A DNA stretch of 52,897 nucleotides from Chromera velia. Lineage: Eukaryota. Both the position numbers and the translations under genes were made by a program. Of the stretch, positions 30,630 through 43,279 are shown one piece after another. The DNA is taken from contig JAHBMJ010000242.1 in assembly GCA_018398765.1 (NCBI GenBank), positions 1 to 52,897 on the forward strand, in the 5' to 3' direction. Numbering within the stretch: the stretch's first letter is position 1; every line of letters begins with the position of its first letter. The notes under the pieces were generated by a model, which was not told the origin of the DNA, ran no database searches, and saw only the letters and a list, made by a program, of their open reading frames with translations.

Positions 30630-33364
30630 CACCATACACACACACACACACACACACACACCCACCAACAGAAACTAACCACGCGCATTTGACCAGTTCC
30701 TTCACAAAGGTTACACAAGTGCCGAGCAGAAAGACAAAGAGACGAAAAGAACGCCAAAAAAAAGAAGAGAGAGGGAAATGAGATGGTGAATGGCAACAAC
30801 GGACAGACAATCAGAAAGCAAGCAAACAATCCCACAGACACCCAAAACAAAACGCATAGATGAAAATAAAAAAACATTACCACCAGGCGATCGAAAGAAC
30901 AGCATGCAGGCCACCCACCAACAAGCAACACCGTTCCTTCCAAAGAACAACAACTCACCTCGATGCTGCCACTCTAGAGTTCTGAACGCTCTGCAGAGAG
31001 ACCGTGTTCGAGTGGGGGGAGGACGCAGCGAACAGGGCGGGCACGAAAGGGGCCCACTTGGCCGACAGATTCCATTGCTTTGCTGGGACCTGCACGCACA
31101 AAGACAATCAATATACGAGTCTTTTTCTTCTAAGCCGAGTTGAAATGCTTTCGCACAGCGAGAGGACACCCGGAAGAAGGGAGAGACGTGGACATCACTG
31201 CAGAGGACACACGAAAAATGATTGTACAGAAAAAAACAAAGAGAGGAAGTCGGAAAACGTGCAGGAGATTCTTCGATGTGGATGCTTGAAGGAAGAGACG
31301 CGGAAGAAGGAGAATAAAAAGATGACGATCAACCTAGACAGCAAAGTGAAAAGACTTGGAAGGAGAAAAGAGCAGGCCGACCTCCGAGAACAATTCAAAC
31401 GACCCTGTGTGGAACGCCCAGCAGACGGCTCGGTTGTCCTTCCCCGTGGACAGCTGCACATTCAGACGCAGACACAGGCACGCATACACTTCCTTTCCCA
31501 GCACAAACCCCCACTTTCTCCCCTCCTCCGAACTGAGATACAGACAACGGACCGAACAAGCATGCATTCACTCACAGTGCAACAAATTGAGGTAGCGAGC
31601 GCTTTCTAGGGTGTCTGGCAACAACAGAGGTGCACGCAGACATCTGCCTGTCGGGCCTTTTCCGTTTCTTCATTCGTTCGAGTGAGTGAGTGAGTGAGTG
31701 AGTGGGCGAGTGAGCGGGTGATTGAATCGAATCGAAAGATCAGAAGGGAAAGAGAGAGAAGAGACAAGTGGCCCCTTCCTAAAACGCCTGTTTCTTGACA
31801 AGGAGGGACAAGGAGAAAAGAGGATCAAACGAAAGCAAAAGCAGGAACCCGATCCCCCCAACTAACAAACCAGTTCATTCACTAACCAACCGACAGACCA
31901 TCAGATTAGGGTCCTGGGGGTTCCACTCGACACCCGTGATGCCCTTCGTGTGCCCTGCCGTCTCCTGAGAGGAGGAAGGAAGAAAGAAAGAGGGGGAGAG
32001 AGAGAGAATTCGATTGATGAAATGAGGGACCTCGAGGACCTGGGTGGAAGCATTTCGTGCATAATAAACCACAAACAAGAAAGAGAAGCAATGCTTGCTT
32101 GGTTGCTTGCTGACTGACTGGCTGACCTTGAAGGGGTACTTGGGGTTTCGCAGGTCCCACAGTTGAAGAGACGGGTTTCTGTCGTCGTCAAACGCCACAG
32201 TCAGTTGAGTGGGCACAGAGGGGGACCAGGCAACGGAGGAGCACGCAGTCCGTTGGTTCGGATCCTTGAAGCTGCACAGCGGATACGCAGGAGGGAGAGG
32301 CAGAAGAATGGCAGATGGAAGAACATAAGAAAACTGAAAGACGGGTTGGATGGATTCGTTAGGCCCGACAAGCAAGAAAGAGAGCGCGCGACAAGACGGC
32401 AGGCAGGCAATCGGGCTCTCCCAGCCGTATATCTCTTCTCTTTGATGGATGGATGCAGAAAACAAAAAGGAAAGCTGGAAGGACTGATGGAAGAAAAATG
32501 CGGGGCAGACGCCTCAAGGGAAGTACCCTCATATGATTTTCTTTGTTTCAAACACCTGTTTTCAAATTAAATACGCTATCCTCCTTCATATACCCAAAGT
32601 TTTATGTCAATTCGTTCTTTCGAGCCGAAGAGCGGTATTTCATTACCACCGAGTTACGAAGTTCCTTTTCTTCCACCAATTTCACTGCACAATAACGAAA
32701 ACAAAAAATTGCTCAGACAGACAACCTCTGCCTGTCCCATCTCATCATCCTTCCCTGCACGCCCATTAATTCTCTCCTCCAAAGAAAGAAAGAAAGACAG
32801 AAGAAAGACCCATGCACCCACCCACCTGATAACGCTCTTTTTTGCCTTGAGGTCCCACACCCCCACAACGCCCCAGTTGGAGGCTGTGGCAAGGATGTGG
32901 GGGACCTTTCTGTTCCACTGGAGGCAGGAAATCTCAGAACCCTCCTTGTCTGAATGAATACAGAAGGACAGAAGGACGGACACATACATATGTACACACA
33001 CACAGAGAGAGAGAGAGAGGCTCAGATACACCCACCAAAGGGAAAAGAGAGAAGAGGAGACACGGCACTTCACTCTGTCTTCCGTGCCGGCGAAAAAGCC
33101 GAGAGAGACTTTCTTTCAGTCCGCCACTGGTACCTCTTGGAAGACTTGCTGGAAGGGCGACAACGGACAGACAGGGGCTGAGGATTCTGTACTGCGAGGG
33201 AGGAATTCCGTTTTTTCAGTACTGCTCAAAGGGACTCGTGAAGCTGCGAAAGGATGCAGCTGCTGCTGAGATTCTCAGCCTACAAGCAGACGCAGATGCA
33301 CAAAGCCAAGCAAGCAGGCTGCAAGAAACAAGGCAGCGTGTACATAAACAGGGCGCCCGGCATA

Positions 33365-33410
<46 letters not shown>

Positions 33411-34549
33411 AGAGAGAGAGAGAGAGGGGGGAAAAGAAAAGGGGCGGGGGGAGGAGGTAAAGAGATTGAACTGACGAATAGCATCTGCGCATGGAGGTGC
33501 CACTTCCGGAGAGCTGGTGTGCTCACAGTTGATGATCTTTACCTGCACACAAACAAGAGAAGGGAAGAGAAGTTGCAGATTGGTACTGCATTCTTCAGAG
33601 AAGACTACTCAGAAGGTGGCTTTGCTTTGCGTTGCCCCACTTTACACCTACAGGTCCTCCACTTATGCGAATACCTCCAATCGAGGCATCAGGCCACCCC
33701 TCCACCTCAGCAAAGCGAGATACAGTCAAGCATTGTTTCAGGACGCACTCTCCGCTTCCCCCAGGCAACCACCCACAAGCCCCCCTCCCCTCCAAACAGA
33801 CAGACCTCGGAGTCGCTCCCCCCAGTCGCCAGGAGGTGTGCCCACCCAGCGAAAGGGTTGAATTCTATGCAGGTCGTGGATCCGCTGTGCACCGAGGAGC
33901 TCCACAGGACAGCGGCATTCCTGCACAGAGTTGGAGAGGCGTGGTGGTCAAAGGTTAACATGAGCGGGTGGCAGAGAAGGAGAGAAGCGCCACACAGTTA
34001 GGCGGGCAGGCAGGCAGCCATTCTCCTGAGATCGATAGGGCGGAGGGGCGGAGGTTGGAATACGGCAGGGCAGGGGAGCGGAGAGACACGTGAACACACA
34101 CGGCCAGATCGAGACACAGAGAGCCCGATCCAGGGAGGATGGGCCCCTCGGACCAGCCCAGAGGCACCTGGAGTACAAGTCTGAGGGTCTGTAAGAACTC
34201 TACAGGGTGTGTGTGCATTCACGCAACCGGCAGGGCGGACTGACTGGTTTCCACTCATCAGCGTGTCTGCATTCCAGAGCTTGACGAGGCCCCCCTCGAG
34301 TCCCCCTGCGAGGATTCCTGTTTGTGAGATGGTGGGCATGCCCAGTGCACCCCATGTCATGCAGGAGAAGCGGCTGTCTACTTTGAGTGTCTTCACAATT
34401 TGGAACTCGGGACTCCTATCCGCGAGGTCAAAAGAACAAAAATCGAGGGCGGCATCGAACCCTATGCCTCCCAATGCCAGAAGGTTCGGGTGGTCAGGAG
34501 AGGGACACCATCCCACGATGGCGGCCCTATCTATCTCCTTCAAAGGCAT
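21121..34549 (-). CDS. SEC31: COPII outer coat protein Sec31
   Basis: 25 phase-compatible exons: 34549-34245, 33920-33806, 33542-33476, 32949-32826, 32271-32127, 31964-31899, 31453-31382, 31089-30959, 30547-30451, 30104-30057, 29731-29603, 29120-28766, 28350-28214, 27948-27720, 27398-27356, 26985-26940, 26588-26452, 25945-25882, 25512-25011, 24595-24017, 23790-23519, 22774-22714, 22231-22089, 21721-21582, 21154-21121. Hallmarks: MPLKEIDRAAIVGWCP, WNRKVPHILATAS, LWDLRN, APAWFRRPCGGSFGFGGKL, ADALLL..GG.DLW, WQETLAMLATYA, a long Pro-rich region and C-terminal WLMGLKRLI. Confidence 0.95.
26123..26126. other. Small assembly gap in a poly-C tract
   Basis: Four Ns within a C homopolymer. Confidence 0.97.
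29449..29623. repeat. 72-bp period tandem repeat spanning a Sec31 exon end and 5' splice site
   Basis: ACTGACTGACCCCCTGTCCAGCTCCATGGAA occurs at 29449, 29521 and 29593, separated by two near-identical 41-bp fillers. Confidence 0.95.
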
Positions 34550-34899
34550 TTGTGAGTGGAGATGGCTTCTGAATAAATTCTTTTAAGGCAAATAAGAAGA
34601 GACAGACGCAGAAAACGGGGTCAGACAGACCGCACCCGGATGGCCACCTGCTGTCTCGGAAAGATTTTTTTCTTCTTCTTCGGACCAGATCAGATGAAAG
34701 GATAGATGTAAGAAGTACTGCAGCACACAGAATCTGCTCACGCAGTTGGTGTGCGGACGTCTGAATGAGAAGATCGGAGTGGAGGATCAACTCGACTCAG
34801 TGTTGTCAGTCTGTGATCCACTTCTTGTGTCGCTTGAAAGAGGGCCGGGTCGATCACTGAGTGGCCCCGGAAAGGACCGTTTCTTCGATTCTGCCTCTC

Positions 34900-35095
34900 A
34901 CTATTAGGAGACCCGGAGCGGTCGCACGGAGCCAGTGCACAATGCAGGCGCGGCGGCGCGCGATCATTTCTCCGCGCCGCCGCCCTTCATGCCGCCGCCG
35001 CGCGGCGCGCCGGCGGCCGGGCCGGCCCCCGCGCCGCCGACACATTCCGACACAGAAAGGTGTTGTTTGATCATATTTTGATCATGCATGATCGA
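34900..35095. promoter_or_regulatory. GC/CpG-rich bidirectional promoter between SEC31 and RSPH9
   Basis: Very high GC core (GCCGCCGCCGCGCGGCGCGCCGGCGGCC) plus CATGCATG between divergent starts at 34549(-) and 35939(+). Confidence 0.6.
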
Positions 35096-35938
35096 ATCCT
35101 TGAAATCTCGATGGTTCTCAGAGCAAGGCAAACTTAGGAGTGTCTTTGAGTGCAGACTATACGTACTTCATTCTCTTGTGCCGGATTGTGCTTGAAATCT
35201 GCTCTTCAGTCCACGAGGTGACTGCTCTGCGTGTACAAGTCCCTGTGCAACAGGTCGCATTCCGAAAAGCGTCAGATTTCCTAGATAGATAGACAGAGAA
35301 GAGGGGGTGATCTTCCAAGCATCCTGGAGATAGACAGTCTGCTTGACTTTTCTGCTAGCTTCCTGCCCTGCTACTGGTCACATCGTTTCTCTCTGTGGTC
35401 AGTTCCCCCAAGTCAGCACCACCTTACAGACTGAAGATCTACCTATACATACATTCTTTGTATCATGATATTGCGTGCCACGTACGTCCCTTTGCTCCCC
35501 TGTCTGCTCTCTTCCATTGGTCTTGCCCCTCTTCTTCATATCCTCTCGCACGACTACTGGTGCCTCGTTTTCCCCCCGTGACCGCTTTCGTCTTCCAGTT
35601 GGGTTCATTCAGATCCTTGCCATTCCCCAATGTTTCTTCCACACCCGTTTCGGAGTCCTCTCGTGTGTGCCTGTGGGTGTGCATCATGGATTCATGGGAC
35701 AGGAAAGCTTTCAAGCCAGTCAAGAATAAAAAAGAGGGAGAGAGAGAAAGAGAAAGAAAGATAGATAGATAGATGTGTATAGATATAGAGAGAGAGGCTT
35801 ACAATTCGCAGTTGTCTTCCTACGAGTATGGGTCCGTGGGTGGGTCAGAGTGAGCACGCGTACAGCGCACGTGTAAATGGTCTGCGTATTATATGAAGCG
35901 TGGATCTGTCTGAGTTTGCTTGCTTGCTTGCAGTTCCA

Positions 35939-38900
35939 ATGGAGGTCCACGACTTGGAGTTTTCTCTGGAGCACCTCGCCTCCCAGGGGAAGACTCTGAA
36001 CATTCACGAGATTACCCGACTGAAGGCGGGGTTGACCCTGTTGAGAGAGAACGAGGGGGTGGATTCTGTGTTCTTCTGGGGGAAGGTCCTGGGGGCAGCA
36101 GAGAACTTCTTCGTGGCGTTCATCCTCAAACCGGGGGCTGTGGAGTTCCCCTCAAAAAAATTTTACTGGAGGTATGTAGGCTGCAAGGCGACAAAGCATC
36201 ATTCATTGAAGGCCTTGTTAGTTCCTGCCTTGGCGCATGCAGAGAGGCAGGCAGGCAGGCGGGGGGCGAAAAGGTAAGGAAGAAAAGTAGGGGCGAGGAT
36301 TTTGTCCGATGATCACCGTTTGATTGCGCAAGGATTGAAAGATAGAGAGAGAATTAGGTTGGTGAGGAAGAGGTTGCTCGGAGGAAGAGGAGGGATAGAA
36401 AGGGAGGAGGAATTCACACAACGTACAGCCTCTGTTGCACGTCTCTTTCTCCTGCAGCAGAGAGGAATTCTCCTCTCTTCTTTTTTCTTGTGTCGCCTCT
36501 ATTGTCCCTCAGGTTGCTCGTCCAGTGACTTCGTCTTTTCTGTCATCCTGCGTCCCCTTCCACCTCTCTCTCCCCCTGTAGATGCGACAATGTCTGTCTG
36601 CGTGTGTGAATGAACAACCAAGGGAGTGAGTGAGTGTCTGAATCTGTCTGTGTGCGTGCAGCAACTCCTCTTTCGAATTCGCAGAACTGCCCCTCCTGGC
36701 AGACGGGGACTCCACTCTGATCCAGACTCTGTTCGAGGACGTCCAAGCGCCTTTCTCGGGATCTCCGCATAAACCTCTCTCAGGTGAGGGGGGGGGATGC
36801 GGAGGGATTCTATGTGTGCCCATACGTATGCATGCGTGTGTTTGTCGGCCCTTTCCGGGATCTCTGCAGAAACTTCTCACTGTTGAGTGCACAACGAGCA
36901 AGATGAGGTGAAGTGCAGTCTCACGGAGAAAGAAAGAAAGACAGACAGACAGACAGAAAGACAGACAGACAGATAGACAGATAGAAAGAAAGAAAGAAGG
37001 AAAGAAAGAAAGAAAGAACTCATGAGCCTCCAAGGGTATTTTTCTCTCCGTCCATGCGTTCGGGTTCTGGTCGGAGCACCAGAAAAAAAGCCTCTGTACC
37101 TTCGTGTCTTACAAATGACACCCGTTGTTTCTTTCTGCAATGAAACGATTCCCTCCCTTCTGCTTCCCCTGCAGTTGGAGGCGTTAACAGTCCCCTTCAT
37201 TTTCATACAGTGTGTATGTATAGATGTATACAGTCCCCCTTTATTTGTATGTATGTTTCCCTTCTGCTTCCCCTGCAGTTGGAGGCGTCGACAGTCCTCG
37301 TCTGACAGAATTGCACAGGCTCTCCGCGTTGGTGCGACAGGTTAGTTAGTTAGTTAGTTAGTTAATTAGTTAGTTAGTTAGTCAGAGGATGCCAAGGTAT
37401 GTCGGTCAGACAGTCATTCTGGCAGAAGTGCACTCAGTCAGGCAGAGAGAAAGTCAGACAGTGAGGCAGTGAGTCGTTTCTCCCAGGGTCAGGGTTAATC
37501 GGGCGGTGCTTTTGGTTTGGCCCTCACCCCTTTTTTTCCGATGTCCTCTTCTCCTGGCGTGATCCTCTCCTTTTTTTGAGACAGACAGAGAGAAGGGAGC
37601 GGTAAGCTCCTAGACAGAGAAAGGAGTAGATGTACAGACAAAGAGACAGACATACAAACAGACAGGTAGGCAGCGGGGCTCTATTTGTTTATTCTCCCTC
37701 TTCCTGCCTGGATGCAGATCGATGCAGAGACCTCTGCAGTCCCTCGAGGGTCGTTCCGACTTGACGAGAGTGGGAGCGTGGGACCTTCGTTTGGATTCAG
37801 GGGTTAGTCAGTCAGTCATTGTGGGGCCTTCCGGGGATGGGGGGATGGGGGGAATTCTGGAATGGGCCTGTGTTGGATGGCGAGGGAGGAAGAGAAAGGG
37901 AGGAGAAGGATCTGCCTTTGTTTCTTTCGTTCTGTTCTTGCTTGCTTTCTTTCGTTCTCCCTATCAGACGGACGGAAGAGTTCTCCTTTGTTTCGTCCTG
38001 CCCGCCCCTTTTTCCTTTCTTTTCTCACCCACTCGCGCTGTTCCTCTTCTTGCAGCCCTCCGAGTTCTAAGTGCCGCGCTTCTATCTACCTCTCTATCTG
38101 TCTACCTATCTGTCTGCAATCTGAACAAGCATTCCTTTTATTCCTGTGCGGCTGCCTGCAGGTCTCTCGGTGACAGCTGCCCAAGAATTGCGCAACTGGG
38201 TCCATTTCCGTCCCTCCTCCGATGGTCAGTCAGTCAGTCAGCAGGGCCTCCCTGATAGGGGGTTTGGTTTGCTTTGCTTTATTGGACTGAAAGCAGGACG
38301 CATGCGGGGGTGGTCCGGTGACAGTCGAAATAGAAAGATCTGCGTTGTCGCTCACCTACTCACTAACTCTCTCATTGACTGGCTCACTGCTCCGTTTTTT
38401 TTTTCTGTCTTTGCACTCCGACAACGGGTCATATGTCTGTGGTTGTTGATCTCTTTCTTCTGGCTGTCCGTTTGTCTGCCCCTTAGACTTTTTCTAGTTT
38501 CTGAACTTCTTTCATGCATCTTCGCTGACTAGCTTCCATGAGATTTCTTTTTCTGGTTGATCACTCTTTCTGTCTGCAGTGGACAAACTGAGGGCGATTG
38601 CTTCCGACGACGTTCAGGTGGGTTTTTCTTCTCTTCTCTTCTTCTGGTAGAATGGGAGTGCATGGAGGCACTGAGGCAGGCAGGCAGGCAGGCAGAGAAT
38701 TTGTTTCATCGAGAGGCATTGCTCGTGGGTCTATCTGTGTGCTAATTGTGTGGCTGCTTTGGGGCCTGTCTCTTCAGCTTCCTTCCTTGATTGATTACAC
38801 GGAAATTAACAGGCAGGGGGGATGGCTAGCTGGCTCCCTGTGTGGTTTAATTTCTGGTTGTTTGTGTTGGGGGATCCGGTTTCGTACTTGAAGGTCTGTC

Positions 38901-40141
38901 TTCTCAGTCAGCCATATGAGTGTACATACCCTCTCTGGCCCGTCTTTCTTTCTTTCTTTCTTTCTTTCTTGCTTTGTTTCTTTTTTTGTTTTTTTCTTTC
39001 TTCCTTTCTTCCTTTCTTCCTTTCTTTCTTTCTTTCTTTCTCTCTTTCTTTGAACTGTGTGCAGTTCCACAAAGAATTCCTCGACAGCGTGGAGACGGAC
39101 CTGCCTCTCGGTCGGTCGGTCGGCTGGCTGGCTGGCTGGTTGGCGCAGTTAGGGGGGTTGGAATATTAGGTCGTGTGTTCTTCTTTGTCGCAGCAGGGGA
39201 TTCGTGGTGGTCGGACGGTTTCTCACTCATACGCGTGCGTGCTCCGGTCGCTGCATGTAATTTGCATTGGACAGAGGCAGACAGAAGGACAGAGAGAGAG
39301 GGTGGTTTTCTTTCTTGACTCTCCCTCGTGTGTGTGAGTGTGGGAAAAGATATTTTCTTTCGCTTGATTTTGCACTTTCGCCTTATGTCAAGTAAGTGCA
39401 CTTGCATGGATGTGGAGTCTCGGAGTGTCTGTCTGCAGCATCGTCTCGTCTGTCGTCTTTCTGAAGCCTTTCCTCGCGGCAGAGGGCTTTAAGTATCCCT
39501 TCGCCTACAGCATTTGTTCATCTTTTGATTCATTCATCCCTCCATCGATTCATTTGTTTCTTCGATCAGGGTGCTGGAACGTGAGGACCTCCACAGCTGC
39601 AGACGCCGTCTTTCTTCGAAGTCTCCTCTGGCCAGGTAGGAAGGATTTTTTGTTGGTTGGACGGTCTCTCGGTCTGTCTGTCGGTCTGCTTCTCTCTCGG
39701 TATGTCTGCCTGCCTGTCCGGTGTCTCATGCCAGGGGTTGCTTGTGCCGAGGTGCAGGAGTGCGCATTTATTGCAGCATCACGGTCTTCTTTCCTTCCTC
39801 TCTCCCTTTTTTTAAGGCTCGGTGGGGTCGATTCTCAGTCGAGAGTTCTTGTGGAGGGTACATTCTTTTTTCTTTATGTTGGCATTTCTAGAAAGAAGAA
39901 AGCGTGCTCAAGTCGAGAAATGCTGTCATCTTTACATGACTCATAAAGCAATCTATGTAAGCAGTCTGTGCACGCCTTCTTTCTGCCCTTCCCTTTGACT
40001 AGTCGCTGTCTGATGTGTGCATGTGTACTTGACTGCATGGATGCAGGCTACTCCGCATTTCACCTGACGGGCACGGACAGGTTTGGCGGGTGCTACGTGG
40101 GCGTGGGGGAGCGCAAGAACGACCTTGCCTTCCTTCTGTGA
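35939..40141 (+). CDS. RSPH9: Flagellar radial spoke head protein 9
   Basis: Nine exons: 35939-36171, 36662-36783, 37279-37340, 37718-37802, 38162-38224, 38580-38617, 39065-39110, 39570-39635, 40047-40141. Motifs FFWGKVLG, TELHRLSALVRQID..AVPRGS, FRGLS..WVHFRP, FLDSVETDLPLGCW, LRSLLWPGYSAFH and YVGVGERKNDLAFLL match the RSP9 family. Confidence 0.93.
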
Positions 40142-40575
40142 TTTGAACTCCAGCAAATCGTCGAGAGAGGCATCAATAGAGCTCGATCTCCGCCTGGCAA
40201 ACGTATGCGTACGCAGAAAAGGCAGCGAGGCGCGATTGAGCTGGATCTCATACAGTGTGCATGCCCTCTCTTTGTCTCTTTCTTCAGCAATGGATGGAAG
40301 TCTTGGCTGTTCTGCCTGTTGAATTGGCATTAATAAGTGCATGAGACTTCTTCCATCTCATCACGGTGTAAAGAGATCAACTCACCAATCCATATGGCTC
40401 GAAAAAGTTTTCAGCGGGACTGTGCATGTACACTAATACACTGTGTCATTAAATGATATTTCAGATCGCATAAACTGCATATCGATAATCGATTTGAACA
40501 CATAAAAGATTTTTTGTTGCTGAATGTTAGAAAACTTTCGCGTCAAAGGCCCAAAGACATCTACTTGCTTTATTA

Positions 40576-40595
40576 CTCTCACTCTAGCTCTCACT
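40576..40595. repeat. N8-CTAG-N8 scar
   Basis: CTCTCACT-CTAG-CTCTCACT. Confidence 0.8.
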
Positions 40596-40652
40596 GTAGT
40601 AGGCTGCATGAGGTCGTTGCATACCAGTGTGCATGGCTTTGAGGGGCCATGT

Positions 40653-40849
40653 CTAGGCGTATCATAGCAAAAGAAATTTTTTTTTTTTTTGCTGACGATG
40701 TTAGGAGAGAAACAACTGTTGCTTAAGTGTTGTATAACTGTTGTTTTGGTGTTGCAAAAGTATTGTTTAGGTGTTGCACAAAATAGCATAAAAAAAATAA
40801 AGAAATAATTTAAGTTAATTCTTTTTTTTTTTTGCTATGATACGCCTAG
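40653..40849. mobile_element. Intact 197-bp MITE with perfect 20-bp TIRs and 8-bp TSD
   Basis: TIRs CTAGGCGTATCATAGCAAAA (40653-40672) and TTTTGCTATGATACGCCTAG (40830-40849). Flanking direct repeat GGCCATGT at 40645-40652 and 40850-40857. Internal GTGTTG repeats and A/T tracts; non-coding. Confidence 0.88.
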
Positions 40850-41051
40850 GGCCATGTCTAGGGCCATGTTCGACTGCATATGAGCCGCGCAATGCTCAAT
40901 GATCGAATCGCATTTGAGAAATTTGGAGAACGCGTGACTAGTACGCCGACTACCTTAGATGCTGTTAGGTGCTGTTGATTCAGTGTTGAGGCTACGAGTG
41001 ATAAAAGAGATTGATGGGTATAGTTACTTCTAGATTTGAGATAATTTGAGA
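40850..41051. repeat. Cluster of footprint scars next to the MITE
   Basis: GGCCATGT-CTAG-GGCCATGT (40850-40869), GATGCTGT-TA-GGTGCTGT (40958-40975, one transition) and ATTTGAGA-TA-ATTTGAGA (41034-41051). Confidence 0.75.
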
Positions 41052-41494
41052 CTAACTGGAAAAAATGGAACCTTTTGACAAACTAGACTACATCTGCCTC
41101 AGGCCTTTAAATAATATATATCGGCACGCATCATGCATAACGAGACCTTCAATCATCACTTCTTTTCAGAGAAGACCCGGCAGGTAGGAACGTTAATGTT
41201 GGAGTAAGTTGGAGGCGAGAGGGGGGGGAGGAGCGGCCCGCGGCGGTGGGAGCTATAGCATTCCCTTAGTTTTCCCCGCTGCCCCACAGGCGTGGATGTC
41301 TCCCTTTATACGCATACTAGCTGTAGCTGGAGGAGCTAGTTCGTTGCATCGCATCGGAAGTTCGATCTCGCCATGATTGTACATATCAATTTGGCATCTT
41401 TCTAAGAAGCGCGAATTGCCATACAAGGAAGAACAGACACGAAAGAAGAAAACAGAGGACCGAGCCGCAGACGTGCACCCTCAAAAAAGAAAAG

Positions 41495-42115
41495 ATGGAG
41501 AGACTTCAGGTCCGAGACAACAGCCTCTTCGTCACCCTGAAGCGATCGGGACTCTGTGCTGAGGTGAGCGTAACTGCGTTGATGACGAGAGTCTCTTTCA
41601 AGCCCTATTGGCCTCTTGCCCATCATGCAGGTCTCGCGCTTTGTCTCCGACTTGCTTCGGGGAAAATTCGGGGAAAATTGCCATGCGTGGACTTTTTGTT
41701 TGTTCCCGTATCTTGGTTTCTTCCATTTAGTTCCCTTCTTCCTCAGTAGTGTGCTCTTCTCCTCACCCCAGCTTTACATCCTTCTCCGTCACTCCATCCC
41801 TCTGCTTCAACACACGCTCTCCTACCTGCAGACCATCTCTGAACTGGCAAAGCAGAAGGACTCTTTTGGCTTGGCATGGGTCTGTTGCCAGCTTTACACA
41901 AAGGTCAGTCAATAAATTCCTCTGTGCGTGCCCTCACAATCCAAAGGGAGAAGGAAACGCTTTCTAATACTGAAGCGAGCGGTGATTGGCCTCCCTTCCC
42001 TCCCCCTCCTTTCTCTTCCCTTCTCTTCCAATTCCCTCGCAATTAAGAGGCTTCCATCTCGCGGTTGCAGGCCGACTTTCGTTCTTGGTCTCCCGGCCCA
42101 GCTAGGGCCTCCCCC

Positions 42116-42173
<58 letters not shown>

Positions 42174-42217
42174 TGCTTCTGACCGGTCTCTCCTTCTGTG
42201 TGTATGTGTGCGTGCGT

Positions 42218-42251
<34 letters not shown>

Positions 42252-43238
42252 TCCTTCTTTCTCTTTGGCGGAAGTTGTCCCGCAGAGTTTTGTTGTTTGT
42301 TTCACTTTCGACTTTCCTTTCACGGCTGCTTGTTCAGGGGAAGAGATGTGCTGCAGTTTGAATGACGACACTTTCGCTCTCTCTCTCTCTCTCTCTCTCT
42401 CGCTGCAGAATAAGGAGAAATGGAACGTTTCTGTTGATCCCCCCCGAGCACTCGATCTTTCAGGTGAGTCGGGGGACCGATGCATCAGTCTCACTGGACT
42501 CTCCCAGCTAGACGAGGACATATTGGCTTTCTTCCGTTTTACCCATTTTGTGCTTCGACCATTTCAGCTGAGCCTTCCTTCCTTCAGTGCTTTCTCATCG
42601 GTTGCTATTTTGCTCCTGTGTTTGTGCAAACAGGCCCTGTAACTCATCCAGTTGCTTTCATATCGCTTCAGATACTTTCGGTCTCTCTGCGAAGAAGATC
42701 TTTTTCTTTTTGGAGGGGCTTCCTGATTCTGTTGAGGAGGTGAAGCTCGGTGGGTGATGCGTTTCTCTTTCTGTTTTTCCTTTTCTGTGCTCGTCGGTCG
42801 CCTTGACGCTTGTTTCACCTGTTTGTCTGTGCTTTTCCATCTCTTCGTATAGTACCACTGTAGCTGAAATGAGGGTGTGCCTGTGGCAGAAAAGACACTT
42901 TTGTTTCCATTTGTTTCCTTTTGTTTCCAGATTGCATTTCCTTTCCTTTCCTCTTCTTTTCATTTTTTTTCTTGTCTTGTCTTGTCTTGTCTTGTCTCTT
43001 TTTTTCTTTCTCTCCGTTTGTATGTGGGTCAAAGGGCAAAAGAGAGAATTAAAGAGAGGCAAAATTTGTCACCTGAATGTCGGCTGGCTGCAAAGCTGTC
43101 TGATCCCTCTCTCTTGGTTGCACTTCCTTTTGGACTCTTCAACATCGCTTTAACTGGCTGACTGGGGCCCTTTTTCTCTCATCGAGGGAGAGGGGGGACA
43201 AGTCGAGAGGAGAGCACACACACACACACACACACACA

Positions 43239-43279
<41 letters not shown>

